This document shows positions 50,493 to 59,075 of a DNA stretch of 64,000 nucleotides, piece by piece (the first letter of the stretch is position 1; each line of letters begins with the position of its first letter). The notes below the pieces were generated by a model. It worked only from the letters and a program-made list of their open reading frames with translations, searched no databases and was not told the DNA's origin. The stretch covers positions 755,998 through 819,997 of the forward strand of contig CAVUKA010000003.1 in assembly GCA_963741945.1 (NCBI GenBank), written 5' to 3'. The position numbers and the translations under genes were made by a program. This DNA comes from an uncultured Gemmatimonadales bacterium (lineage in GTDB: Bacteria > Gemmatimonadota > Gemmatimonadetes > Longimicrobiales > RSA9).

Positions 50493-50807
50493 CTAGTCCA
50501 CCTCTCGCAGGTCCGCCTCTCGCAGGCGCTTGCGGAGCTCGAGGTTCTCGGCGCGCATCCGCGCCAGCTCCGCCTGCTCGCCGCTCGTCAGCGCCTGAGG
50601 CCGCGATATGGACGGCAGCGTGCCCACGGCCTCGGCGTACTTGAGGTACGTGTCGATGGCGGCCACGACGATCCGGGCTTCCACCGTGACGAGGTCGATC
50701 CCTACGAGCGAGACGCGCACGTATGCGTCGATCACGATGCCCTTGTCCAGGACTCGATCGAGCACGTCGATGAGGCTCGTCCCTGCTGGTGCCCTCTCTA
50801 CCGCCAT
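50493..50807 (-). CDS. gvpA: Gas vesicle structural protein GvpA with C-terminal extension
   Basis: [51 protein letters not shown]. Confidence 0.92.
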   Translation of the reverse strand: MAVERAPAGTSLIDVLDRVLDKGIVIDAYVRVSLVGIDLVTVEARIVVAAIDTYLKYAEAVGTLPSISRPQALTSGEQAELARMRAENLELRKRLREADLREVD

Positions 50808-50838
50808 GGAGCCTTCTCCGGTTCCGTAGGTGCGCACG

Positions 50839-51150
50839 TCATTCGGCCGTGAGCCGATGCTCCTCGAGGCTCTGCAATCTTCGTGACAGCTCGTCCAGCC
50901 GCTGGCTGATCTCCCGCCCGTCCTGCGCTCGCGTGGAGAGCCGCGGGTCCGTCTTCCACCAGTCCATCCCGATCTCCTGCGCCTTGTCCAGCGAGCAGAC
51001 CAGGAGCCGGATCTGGATCGTCAGCAGCTCCACGTCCGCCAGCTGGATCCGGATGTCGCCGGCGATCATCAGCCCTTTGTCCAGCACCCGGTCGAGAACA
51101 TCGACGAGTCCCTGGGACCGCTCCGGCCCCAATTCGTACAGTTCTGCCAC
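50839..51150 (-). CDS. gvpJ: Gas vesicle protein GvpJ
   Basis: [27 protein letters not shown]...LV.S.DKA.EIGMDWW..DP. Confidence 0.85.
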   Translation of the reverse strand: MAELYELGPERSQGLVDVLDRVLDKGLMIAGDIRIQLADVELLTIQIRLLVCSLDKAQEIGMDWWKTDPRLSTRAQDGREISQRLDELSRRLQSLEEHRLTAE

Positions 51151-51169
51151 GGCGGTCGTCCTTCCCGGT

Positions 51170-51511
51170 TCAGACGAGTCGGCCCAGGGGGCCGAGGTCG
51201 ATGTTCAGGTCTTCCTTCTCCAATCCGAAGACCTGGCGGATCGTGTCCAGCCTCTCCTCGAGTCGCAGGAGCGCCAGCCCGAGCCGCTCCGTCTCTTCGT
51301 CCGTCAGTGTTCCCCCCTCCATCCGCCGCACCGCCTGGTGCTCCAGGACCTGGCGGACGAACTCCACGAGCGTCAGCACGAGCTGGCTCACGCCCGACTC
51401 GATGTCGTCCGGGGTGGCCTCCAGACGGCGGGGCAGCGATGGCGCCGCCTCTCGCAGCTGTGCCGCCCCCCGCTCCGGCTCGAGCTCCCGTGCGCCGTTC
51501 GAAGTTTCCAT
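51170..51511 (-). CDS. gvpK: Gas vesicle protein GvpK
   Basis: QLVLTLVEFVRQVLEHQAVRRME.G.L...E.ERLG, DLNIDLGPLG. Confidence 0.9.
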   Translation of the reverse strand: METSNGARELEPERGAAQLREAAPSLPRRLEATPDDIESGVSQLVLTLVEFVRQVLEHQAVRRMEGGTLTDEETERLGLALLRLEERLDTIRQVFGLEKEDLNIDLGPLGRLV

Positions 51512-51515
51512 TCCG

Positions 51516-52196
51516 CTACGGCTGCTCGTCCATGAATCCGTACGGCGGCCAGGGGCCTGTGAGGACGAAGCGCGCTCCGCCCTCCGGAGCGGCGAACTGC
51601 CCGAACCGCCGCCGGTAGGCACGAGCCCGGTCACGGTCCACGAGATGCGCGATCGACACCAGGCTGCCGCCGCCGTCCTCCCGCACCCGCTGGTCCCGGA
51701 CCAGGTCGCCCAGGAACGTCCGCAGCTCGCCCGCCACCTGCCGCCCGCGCTCCCGGGCCGCTTCCGCCGCCCGCCGCCGCCGCGCGAGTCCCTCCAGGTA
51801 GGCCCGGCCGCTGGTCCGGTCCGGCGGCGCGCCCACCGGCCGCCGTTTCGGGCCGACCACGCGCACGCCGAATTCGAGCGCGCCGCGCACACGCTCCAGC
51901 GCGCGGCCGAGTTCCGGCCCACGATGCGCGAGCGCTTCCTCCAGCCCCGCCCGGCTCCCGAACCACTGGCCGAATCGCATCGGCAGCGCCGTCACCCGCT
52001 CGACCGACCGCTCCACGACCCGGTTGTGCTCCCGGATGCGGTCGACTGTCGCCAGCCCCGGAGGAGCGCCCTCGGAGACCCAGGCGCGGAGCCCGGCCGC
52101 GTCCACGGCCACGACATCCGCCGCGTCGAGGCCACGCAGCTCCGGCGGCGGATCCAGGGTCGGCGGACCCACGCAGTAGAGATAGAGTCCCATCAC
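51516..52196 (-). CDS. gvpL: GvpL/GvpF family protein
   Basis: LYLYCV, HNRVV, LPMRFG, SGRAYL, TGPWPPYGF. Confidence 0.8.
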   Translation of the reverse strand: MMGLYLYCVGPPTLDPPPELRGLDAADVVAVDAAGLRAWVSEGAPPGLATVDRIREHNRVVERSVERVTALPMRFGQWFGSRAGLEEALAHRGPELGRALERVRGALEFGVRVVGPKRRPVGAPPDRTSGRAYLEGLARRRRAAEAARERGRQVAGELRTFLGDLVRDQRVREDGGGSLVSIAHLVDRDRARAYRRRFGQFAAPEGGARFVLTGPWPPYGFMDEQP

Positions 52197-52402
52197 GCCT
52201 CCCGGACATCAGCGGCCGGAGACGCCAGCCGCCCCTCCAGCGCCTCGACCCCGGCCAGGAGCAGGTGGAGCTGGAGGTAGATCAGATCGATCCCCGCCAC
52301 ACTGATCGTCACGTCCCCCCGGAGCACCACGCCCCGGTCCAGCACCCGGTCCACCAGCTCCACGAGGCGGACCCGCTCGTCCAGCGTGAGATCCCTACTC
52401 AT
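52193..52402 (-). CDS. gvpS: GvpA-family accessory protein (GvpS/GvpM-like)
   Basis: LVELVDRVLDRGVVL.GDVTISVAGIDLIYL.L. Confidence 0.75.
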   Translation of the reverse strand: MSRDLTLDERVRLVELVDRVLDRGVVLRGDVTISVAGIDLIYLQLHLLLAGVEALEGRLASPAADVREA

Positions 52403-53174
52403 GGGCCGCGAGAAACCGGTAGGGCGCCCATGGGCCGGTCAGATGCACAGTCAGGCCCAGCTGCTCGAGGCGGGGCACCTCCCGCGCCAGTGCATCCCGC
52501 ACCTCGCCACGCCGCGCGCGCCCGATCAGCAACGCTGCGTTCAGCGTCACCGGGGCCGCATCCCCGGGCGGCTCCAGCCGCACCACGTCCTCCGCCATGG
52601 ACCCGAGCCGCTCCAGCAGCTCTCCGGCGAGCCGCCCCGCGGCCCGGCGCCCTTCACCGCGCGCCAGGTCCGTGCGCTTCTTCTCGAGCAGGAACCGCTT
52701 GCCGGGCGTCGCTTCGGCGATCTCGCGGTCCAGCGCCGCCACCGTGTCCGAGACCTCCCCGATGTGCTGCAGGAGGCGAGCCTGGTCCGCGGACACCTTC
52801 AGGTCCCACTCGTCCACCTCGCCGAACCGGTCCAGCCGGTCCCGGATCCGACCCGTCCTGGCGCCCACCTCCGCGCGCAGCGCCTCCAGGTCCGTGAACA
52901 GCGTCAGCAGCCGCGACGGGAGGATCCGGGCATGGTCCACGAACCACGCCACCACCTGCTCGTGCCTGAGCCCCTGCTCCGCCATCCAGGCGACGTCGCC
53001 ACTGCTCCGCTCCAGCGCCGACTCCTCGTATCCGGGCGACTCCAGCCGGGCCACGATGGCCGCGACGCCGTCCAGCGCCACCAGCTCCACTTCCGCGTCG
53101 CCCACTCCCAGCAGACCGCGCTCCGGCAGCGCCGTCGCCTCGTCCGTGAACCCGTACAGGTAGAGCACGCTCAT
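52395..53174 (-). CDS. gvpL: GvpL/GvpF family protein
   Basis: LYLYG, HEQVV, EWDLKV, PGKRFLL, LNAALL, TGPWAPYRF. Confidence 0.8.
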   Translation of the reverse strand: MSVLYLYGFTDEATALPERGLLGVGDAEVELVALDGVAAIVARLESPGYEESALERSSGDVAWMAEQGLRHEQVVAWFVDHARILPSRLLTLFTDLEALRAEVGARTGRIRDRLDRFGEVDEWDLKVSADQARLLQHIGEVSDTVAALDREIAEATPGKRFLLEKKRTDLARGEGRRAAGRLAGELLERLGSMAEDVVRLEPPGDAAPVTLNAALLIGRARRGEVRDALAREVPRLEQLGLTVHLTGPWAPYRFLAAHE

Positions 53175-53183
53175 CCGCAGCCG

Positions 53184-53570
53184 TCACTCCTCGTCGAAGC
53201 CCAGGCGCATCTCCACCTCCGCCCCCCCCGAGCGCGCCGCCCGCCCGCGCTCCTTCCCCGCCCCCGCTTCCCCGGGTCCGGCCTCCTCGGCCAGCCGCAC
53301 GACTCCGCCCGCCGTAGGAAGACCGTACAGCCGCCGCCACTTCCGCACTTCACGTAGACGACGCATCAGATCGGCCTCCCGGTCGCCGTATTCCTCCTCG
53401 CCGATCGCTCCCATCTCGAGCTCCATCTGCAACTCCAGCAGCTCCCGCTTCACCGCGCTGTCGTCGGTGAGCTCCGTCCGCACGCTCTCGTTCACCTTCT
53501 CCAGTGAGAACCGGGTCAGGAACGACGGGCCGGTGACCGGCCAGAACAGCAGGTGCTTCAGGAGCCCCAT
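53184..53570 (-). CDS. gvpG: Gas vesicle protein GvpG
   Basis: LL.WPV.GP, E..D...VKRELLEL...E.G.I.EEEY..RE..L..RL; follows gvpF by 2 bp. Confidence 0.8.
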   Translation of the reverse strand: MGLLKHLLFWPVTGPSFLTRFSLEKVNESVRTELTDDSAVKRELLELQMELEMGAIGEEEYGDREADLMRRLREVRKWRRLYGLPTAGGVVRLAEEAGPGEAGAGKERGRAARSGGAEVEMRLGFDEE

Positions 53571-53572
53571 CC

Positions 53573-54385
53573 TCAGGCGTCGGCCCGCTCGAGCTTGAGC
53601 TTGATGTTCACGAAGTTGTAGGGCGGCCACGGGCCGGTGTACTTGAACGACAGCGCTTCCTCGTGCTTGCGGCTGAGCATCTTCACCGCCTCGTCGAACT
53701 CCGCCTCGCCGCTCCGCTCCACGAGATAGGCCGCGTTCAGGATCATCTTGTCGCCGATCGGCTTGTTCGACCGGCTCGCGATCGCGTACGGCTGCAGCGA
53801 GCGGTGGATGTCCATCACATAGCCGTTCGCGGCCTCCTCGAGGGCGGACTCGACCAGCCGCCCCAGCTGCATCCGGGCGAAATACGTGGAGCTCTGCTCG
53901 TTGCCGGTGATCTCCTCCTTCAGCCTGTGGATCTCCTCGTTCTCTTCCTCCAGCCGCTCCACCACCGAGTCCCTGTCCCAGAGTACCTTGAGCCCGAACT
54001 CGATCTTGTCCTGCATCTTCTCGAGCACGTCCTCGAACGCCTCGTACGTGGACTTCAGCAGCTCGACAATGTCCTCCTCGGTCCGGAAGATCGTTCCGAA
54101 CGACATCGGGATGACCGTGTGCTCCCGCATCACCGTCTCGTTCACCAGCTCGTGGGCCAGCACGTTCTCGCGCGTGGGGTCGTAGATCTGGATCGGCGTG
54201 TCGCTCACCACTGCCGCGAGCGCGCGGTGGTGCACCGTGTAGACGCGGCTCGTCTCGTCCCCGATCCCGATGGCGCCGAAATCCCGGTGGTCCGGCGACC
54301 GGATGATGCAGTAGACGTACTTGCCTTCCTCGGTGCCCGGGGAATCGGCGCCCGCCGTCGGCTCACGTAGTGTGTTTTCAGCCAT
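53573..54385 (-). CDS. gvpF: Gas vesicle protein GvpF
   Basis: GKYVYCII, LAAVVSD, NVLAHE.V, VIPMSFG, EFGLKV, MILNAAYLV, YTGPWPPYNFVNI. Confidence 0.88.
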   Translation of the reverse strand: MAENTLREPTAGADSPGTEEGKYVYCIIRSPDHRDFGAIGIGDETSRVYTVHHRALAAVVSDTPIQIYDPTRENVLAHELVNETVMREHTVIPMSFGTIFRTEEDIVELLKSTYEAFEDVLEKMQDKIEFGLKVLWDRDSVVERLEEENEEIHRLKEEITGNEQSSTYFARMQLGRLVESALEEAANGYVMDIHRSLQPYAIASRSNKPIGDKMILNAAYLVERSGEAEFDEAVKMLSRKHEEALSFKYTGPWPPYNFVNIKLKLERADA

Positions 54386-54466
54386 CGAGGTCCTGTCTTC
54401 AGGGGCGTCTGCCAGCGGAGCGCTCCGGCGCGAGGGCCGGCGCGGATGCCTCGCGGCGAGGCAGGA

Positions 54467-54482
54467 TGCCAACTTCGTGCCG
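54467..54482 (-). promoter_or_regulatory. Sigma54 (-24/-12) promoter candidate for the gvp cluster
   Basis: Minus strand CGGCACGAAGTTGGCA (GG-N10-GC; two mismatches to TGGCACG-N4-TTGCW), 81 bp upstream of gvpF. Confidence 0.5.
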
Positions 54483-54620
54483 GGGTGACGCCGGGCGGCA
54501 CGGCGGGGGAGCTGCCGCGGCCTTCACGCGCTGCGCAGCGGCGCCGGACCGACCGCCCGGTCCGCGCCACCAGGCTGGGCGGCGGGATCCGGAGGGACGC
54601 GGGCCGCTACGGGGCGGCCG

Positions 54621-56222
54621 CTACGGTGCCAGCGTCGGCGTGGCGGCCGGCGGGTGCCGGTGCCGCGTCGCCTGCTCGTACGCGTACGCCAGCTCGATGA
54701 GCCGCCCCTCGCTCCACGCGTCCCCCAGAAGCTGGAGCCCCACGGGGAGGTGGTCCCGGACCCAGCCCATGGGCACCGTGATGGCCGGGAACCCCGTCGG
54801 CGGCGAGAGCTGCCACGAGTTGTTGCCGTCCGGCGTGTTCAGGTCGCCGATGAGACGCGGCGGGTTGGACCAGGTCGGGTAGACCAGGGCGTCCAGCCGC
54901 TCTCCCACCATCAGCTCGTGGACGGCGGCTCTCAGACGCCCCGCGTTCTCCGCAGTCCGCCGGCACTGCTCGGTGTCCGGCGCATCGGCGTTCCGGAGGA
55001 AGTAGTCGATGCGGGCTTCGATGGACGGATGGACGTCGCCCCGGCGACGGATCTCCGCCAGCGTTTTCACGGGCGCGGCTTCGCCCAGCGTGGCCAGGTA
55101 GCCCTCGATGTCGGTCCGGAAGCGGGGGCAGAACAGCGGCCCGGCCATGATCCCGTCCCACCCCGGGATCTCCGCCGGATCGATCAGCGTGGCGCCCTGC
55201 GCCTCCAGGTCCCGGAGCGCCTGCGCGAATCGCGCTTCCACTTCCGGGTCCGACGTGTCCGTGTTCGACAGCGCCCGGACCACGCCGATCCTGGCGCCCC
55301 GCAGCCCGTCCGCCCGCAGGTGCGCCGTGTAACTCCGCTCCCGCCGCGCGTCCGCCTCCGCGGTCACCGGATCCTCCGGGTCGCTCCCCGCGATCACGTC
55401 CAGCACCCGCGCCGCATCCGCCACCGTGCGCGCGATGGGACCGCCCACGTCCCGGTCCAGGTAGAGCGGCACGATCCCGCTCCGGCTCGTCAGCCCCATG
55501 GTCGACCGGATCCCCACCAGCGCCTGGTGCGACGACGGACCGCGGATCGAGTTGCCCGTGTCCGTCCCCAGACCCACCGCGCCGAAGCTCGCCGCCACCG
55601 CCGCCGCCGTCCCCCCGCTGGACCCCGCCGTGACGTAGCGCGTGTCGTACGGGTTCCGCGTGTATCCCGGCAGCATGGAGCCCACCGTCTCGTACGGGCT
55701 GAACGCGAACTCCGCCATGTTGCTCTTCGCCAGAACGATCCCCCCCGCCTCCCGGATCCGCGCCACCTGGATCGCGTCATCCGGCGCCATCGAACCCTTC
55801 AGCGTCAGCGACCCCGCCGTCGTGGGCAGGTCGTGCGTGTCGTAGTTGTCCTTCACGATCACCGGGATCCCGTGCAGCGGCCCCGTCAACCCTCCCGTGC
55901 CATGGAACGCCGCGTCCAGCGAGTCCGCCCGCGCCAGCGCCCCCGGGCTCACCACGATCAGGCTGTTCAGGAACGGACCCTGCCGGTCGTACGCCTCGAT
56001 CCGCGCCAGATAGCGCTCCACCAGCTGCCGCGCAGTCACGCGGCCATCTCGCATGGCCTCGTGGATGTCCGAAATGCTGGCTTCCACCACGTCGAAATCC
56101 TGACCCGCCACCGGCGACACCATGAGCGGCAGCAGCGCGAGCGGCGAGGACGCCAGCGCCAGCACGGCCCGCATGGCCAGCGCAGCCGTCAGCGGCAGCG
56201 GGGATCGGCGTCGTCTGATCAT
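54621..56222 (-). CDS. Amidase-signature family hydrolase (secreted)
   Basis: LHGIPVIVKDN, AGSSGG, GTDTGNSIRGP (Ser-cisSer-Lys triad); start approximate. Confidence 0.9.
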   Translation of the reverse strand: MIRRRRSPLPLTAALAMRAVLALASSPLALLPLMVSPVAGQDFDVVEASISDIHEAMRDGRVTARQLVERYLARIEAYDRQGPFLNSLIVVSPGALARADSLDAAFHGTGGLTGPLHGIPVIVKDNYDTHDLPTTAGSLTLKGSMAPDDAIQVARIREAGGIVLAKSNMAEFAFSPYETVGSMLPGYTRNPYDTRYVTAGSSGGTAAAVAASFGAVGLGTDTGNSIRGPSSHQALVGIRSTMGLTSRSGIVPLYLDRDVGGPIARTVADAARVLDVIAGSDPEDPVTAEADARRERSYTAHLRADGLRGARIGVVRALSNTDTSDPEVEARFAQALRDLEAQGATLIDPAEIPGWDGIMAGPLFCPRFRTDIEGYLATLGEAAPVKTLAEIRRRGDVHPSIEARIDYFLRNADAPDTEQCRRTAENAGRLRAAVHELMVGERLDALVYPTWSNPPRLIGDLNTPDGNNSWQLSPPTGFPAITVPMGWVRDHLPVGLQLLGDAWSEGRLIELAYAYEQATRHRHPPAATPTLAP

Positions 56223-56353
56223 GGGTCCCGTGGGTGCGAGTGCGAAGTCTCCCGCCCGGCGGCGAGGCTCAGGGCCAACATACGGCGCCATCCCGACGCC
56301 GGAAAACACGCGCCGGAGCCAGACACTTGCGCCGCTCCGCCGCTCGTGCTACC

Positions 56354-56371
56354 TACAACCGTATGGTTGCA
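56354..56371. promoter_or_regulatory. Putative ArsR autoregulatory operator overlapping the start codon
   Basis: Palindrome TACAACC-GTAT-GGTTGCA. Confidence 0.7.
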
Positions 56372-56725
56372 CGTGTGCGGGACTCGATCCAGGCCGACTG
56401 CCTCTTCCATGCCCTCGCCGATGGCACGCGTCGGGACATCGTGCGCCGTGCCATGAGGCGGGCGTACTCGGTGTCGGGGCTCGCGCGCCACTACCCCATG
56501 AGCTTCGCGGCTGTACAGAAGCACGTGGCGGTGCTGGAGCGGGCGGGGCTGGTGACGAAGGAGGCGCGGGGGCGTGAGCGGCTGGTGCGCACGGACGTGG
56601 CGCGCCTGAGGGAGGCGGGACGGATCCTGGACGAGCTCGAGGCGGTGTGGCGAAGCCGCATCGAGCGGATGGATGGCATGCTGGCCGAATCGGCCGACGA
56701 TCCCCCTACCCGAGGAGCAGACTGA
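56363..56725 (+). CDS. ArsR/SmtB family regulator
   Basis: FHALADGTRRDI, SVSGLA...MSFAAVQKHV.VLE.AGLV. Confidence 0.9.
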   Translation: MVARVRDSIQADCLFHALADGTRRDIVRRAMRRAYSVSGLARHYPMSFAAVQKHVAVLERAGLVTKEARGRERLVRTDVARLREAGRILDELEAVWRSRIERMDGMLAESADDPPTRGAD

Positions 56726-57216
56726 TGCCCGTGAAGCAGATCGTGAAGGACCCGGAAGCGCTGACCCTGACGGTGGTGGCGGACCTCGCCGCGCCGGTGG
56801 AGCGGGCGTGGCAGCTGCTTGCGGACCCGCGCCAGCTGGAGCGGTGGTGGGGCCCGCCGATGTACCCGGCGACGGTGGTGGAGCACGACCTGACGCCGGG
56901 CGGGCGGGTGCTGTACTACATGACGGGGCCGGAGGGGGACCAGCCTCACGGGTGGTGGCGGGTTCTGTCGGTGGATCCGCCCCGCCAGCTGGAGGTGGAG
57001 GACGGCTTCGGGGACGCGAACTGGAACCCGAGCGCGGACATGCCGTCCATGCACATGCGGTTCAGCCTGGAGGCGACGCCTGCCGGGACGCGCATGATCT
57101 CGGTGACGACGTTCCCGTCTGTGGAAGCGATGGAGCAGCTGCTGGCCATGGGGATGGAGGAAGGGATCCGGGCCGCGGCCGGACAGATGGACGCCGTCCT
57201 GGCCGTGCCGGGCTGA
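56725..57216 (+). CDS. SRPBCC (AHSA1/START-like) domain protein
   Basis: APVERAWQL..DP..LERWWGP, DL.PGG...Y.M.GP.G; TGATG coupling to arsR. Confidence 0.88.
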   Translation: MPVKQIVKDPEALTLTVVADLAAPVERAWQLLADPRQLERWWGPPMYPATVVEHDLTPGGRVLYYMTGPEGDQPHGWWRVLSVDPPRQLEVEDGFGDANWNPSADMPSMHMRFSLEATPAGTRMISVTTFPSVEAMEQLLAMGMEEGIRAAAGQMDAVLAVPG

Positions 57217-57337
57217 GGGAGCGCGCCGGTGGGCGGCATCAACCGCCGGCTGCCCTGAGCGAGCGGTAGCCGCAGGCGTCCAGGGGGATCGTGCGGGGTG
57301 GCTCCGCGACGGCTGATCGCCCGGACGCTCCGGCCCG

Positions 57338-57367
57338 TTGACGCACGGGGCCCGGGCCGGGTACAGT
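57338..57367 (+). promoter_or_regulatory. Sigma70-type promoter candidate for the CPA2 pair
   Basis: TTGACG-N18-TACAGT. Confidence 0.5.
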
Positions 57368-57444
57368 GATGCCGTTGGAAGCCGCGTCGCCGGAAGCGCC
57401 GGCCGCGAGGGTCCGGACGCACTCCCCACGGGCAGGCGCACCGC

Positions 57445-59073
57445 ATGAGCGACACTCCCCTCCTCCGCGACCTCGGCTTCATCCTTGCCGCCGCCGCGGG
57501 CGTGGGGCTCCTGGCCCGCGCCCTCCGTCTCCCGCCCATCGTGGCGTACATGGCGGCGGGGCTCCTCCTCGGGCCCGTCACCGGCGTGATCCACGACACG
57601 GCGGGGTTGGAGCTGATCTCGGAGGCTGGCATCGCCCTGCTCCTCTTCCTCGTGGGACTGGAGCTGTCCCTGGCCCACATCCGGGAGGTGGGGCGGGTCG
57701 CCCTGGGGGCCGGGATCGGCCAGATGGCCGCCACAGCGCTCCTGGGCTGCGGCCTCGCCCTGGCGCTGGGCTTCCCCTTCACACCCGCCGCCCTCCTCGC
57801 CCTCGCCCTCACGTTCAGCAGCACCGTGGTGGTGGTGAAGCTCCTCGACCGCCGCCGGGAGCTCGACAGCACGCACGGCCGCATCGCCGTGGCCATCCTC
57901 CTGGTGCAGGACGTGGCCGTGGCCGTTGCGCTGACGCTCCTCGCCGGCCTCGGCGACCCGGGCGCCCTCGGCGTCCAGGCGGTGGGCCGCGGCCTGCTCC
58001 GCGCCGGCCTCGGCATGGCCGCCCTCGTGGCCGCGCTCTACGTGGCCGTCCGCTTCCTCCTCCCGCCGCTCCTGCGCTGGCTTGCGCCTTCGCTGGAAGC
58101 GCTCTTCGTCTGGAGCCTGACGGTCTGCTTCGGGTTCATCCTGGCCGCGAAGGCCCTCGGGCTCTCCATCGAGATCGGCGCCTTCCTCGCCGGCGTGGGG
58201 CTGGCCCAGCTGCCGCTGCACGCCGAGCTCGGGCGCCGGGTCCAGCCCCTGGCTTCGTTCTTTCTGGCCGTGTTCTTCGTCATCCTCGGGATCCATCTCG
58301 ATCCCGCCGCGGCGTTCGGCAGCTGGCCCGCGGTCCTGGCGCTGTCCGCGTTCGTGGTCCTCGGCAAGCCCGCCATCCTGATGGCGCTCATCCCCCGCTT
58401 CGGGTACCCGGAGCGCCCCAGCTTCCTCGCCGCCCTCTCCCTCGGACAGGCCAGCGAGTTCTCCTTCATCGTCGCCGGCCTCGCCTTCGGCGCAGGCCTC
58501 GTGGACCCCGGGTTCCTCTCCCTGGTGGGCGCGGTCGGCCTCCTCTCCATCGGCGCCTCCGCCGCCCTCATCCAGGGAGCCGACCGCCTGTACGCGGCGC
58601 TCCGCGGCCGCGCCCTGCTCCGGCTGTTCCGCGCGCCCGCCTCGCCGGAAGCGCCGCCGCGGGAGGGGCCGGGCGGGCACGTGATCGTGGTGGGGATGAA
58701 CACGCTCGGCCGACGCCTCGTGCACGCGTTCGTCGCCCGGGGCGAGCGCGTCCTGGCCGTGGACGTGGACGCGGCCAAGCTGCTGGGGCTGCCATGCGAC
58801 ACGCTCCAGGGCAGCACCGACCACCCCGCCGTCCTGGAGCGGGCGGGGCTCCGCCGCGCGCGGCTCCTGGTCTCGGCGCTCCAGATCGAGGAGGCCAACG
58901 AGCTGCTCGCGTACCGCGCCCGGGAAGCCGGCGTCCCCTCCAGCATCCACGCGTTCGACGCCGAGTTGGCGGACGAGCTGCGCGCCCGCGGCGCCACGCA
59001 CGTGATGGTGTCCAAGTACGACGGCATCCGGCAGGTGGCGGAAGCGCTCCGTTCCGCCGGCGTGATCGGCTGA
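57445..59073 (+). CDS. CPA2 cation:proton antiporter with TrkA-N/RCK domain
   Basis: LLLFLVGLE, FSSTVVVVKLL, LLVQD, IGAFLAG, FF...G, SEFSF. Confidence 0.9.
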   Translation: MSDTPLLRDLGFILAAAAGVGLLARALRLPPIVAYMAAGLLLGPVTGVIHDTAGLELISEAGIALLLFLVGLELSLAHIREVGRVALGAGIGQMAATALLGCGLALALGFPFTPAALLALALTFSSTVVVVKLLDRRRELDSTHGRIAVAILLVQDVAVAVALTLLAGLGDPGALGVQAVGRGLLRAGLGMAALVAALYVAVRFLLPPLLRWLAPSLEALFVWSLTVCFGFILAAKALGLSIEIGAFLAGVGLAQLPLHAELGRRVQPLASFFLAVFFVILGIHLDPAAAFGSWPAVLALSAFVVLGKPAILMALIPRFGYPERPSFLAALSLGQASEFSFIVAGLAFGAGLVDPGFLSLVGAVGLLSIGASAALIQGADRLYAALRGRALLRLFRAPASPEAPPREGPGGHVIVVGMNTLGRRLVHAFVARGERVLAVDVDAAKLLGLPCDTLQGSTDHPAVLERAGLRRARLLVSALQIEEANELLAYRAREAGVPSSIHAFDAELADELRARGATHVMVSKYDGIRQVAEALRSAGVIG

Positions 59074-59075
59074 CC

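Noticed and set aside
33899-54385. KaiC-like ATPase as the GvpD regulator of the gvp cluster
   Set aside because: GvpD belongs to the KaiC-like family, but this gene is 15 kb away within its own signalling operon; nothing in the sequence links them
57368-57444. Possible riboswitch upstream of the cation antiporters
   Set aside because: GC-rich and foldable, but no conserved c-di-AMP or fluoride riboswitch motif recognisable by eye; needs an Rfam scan
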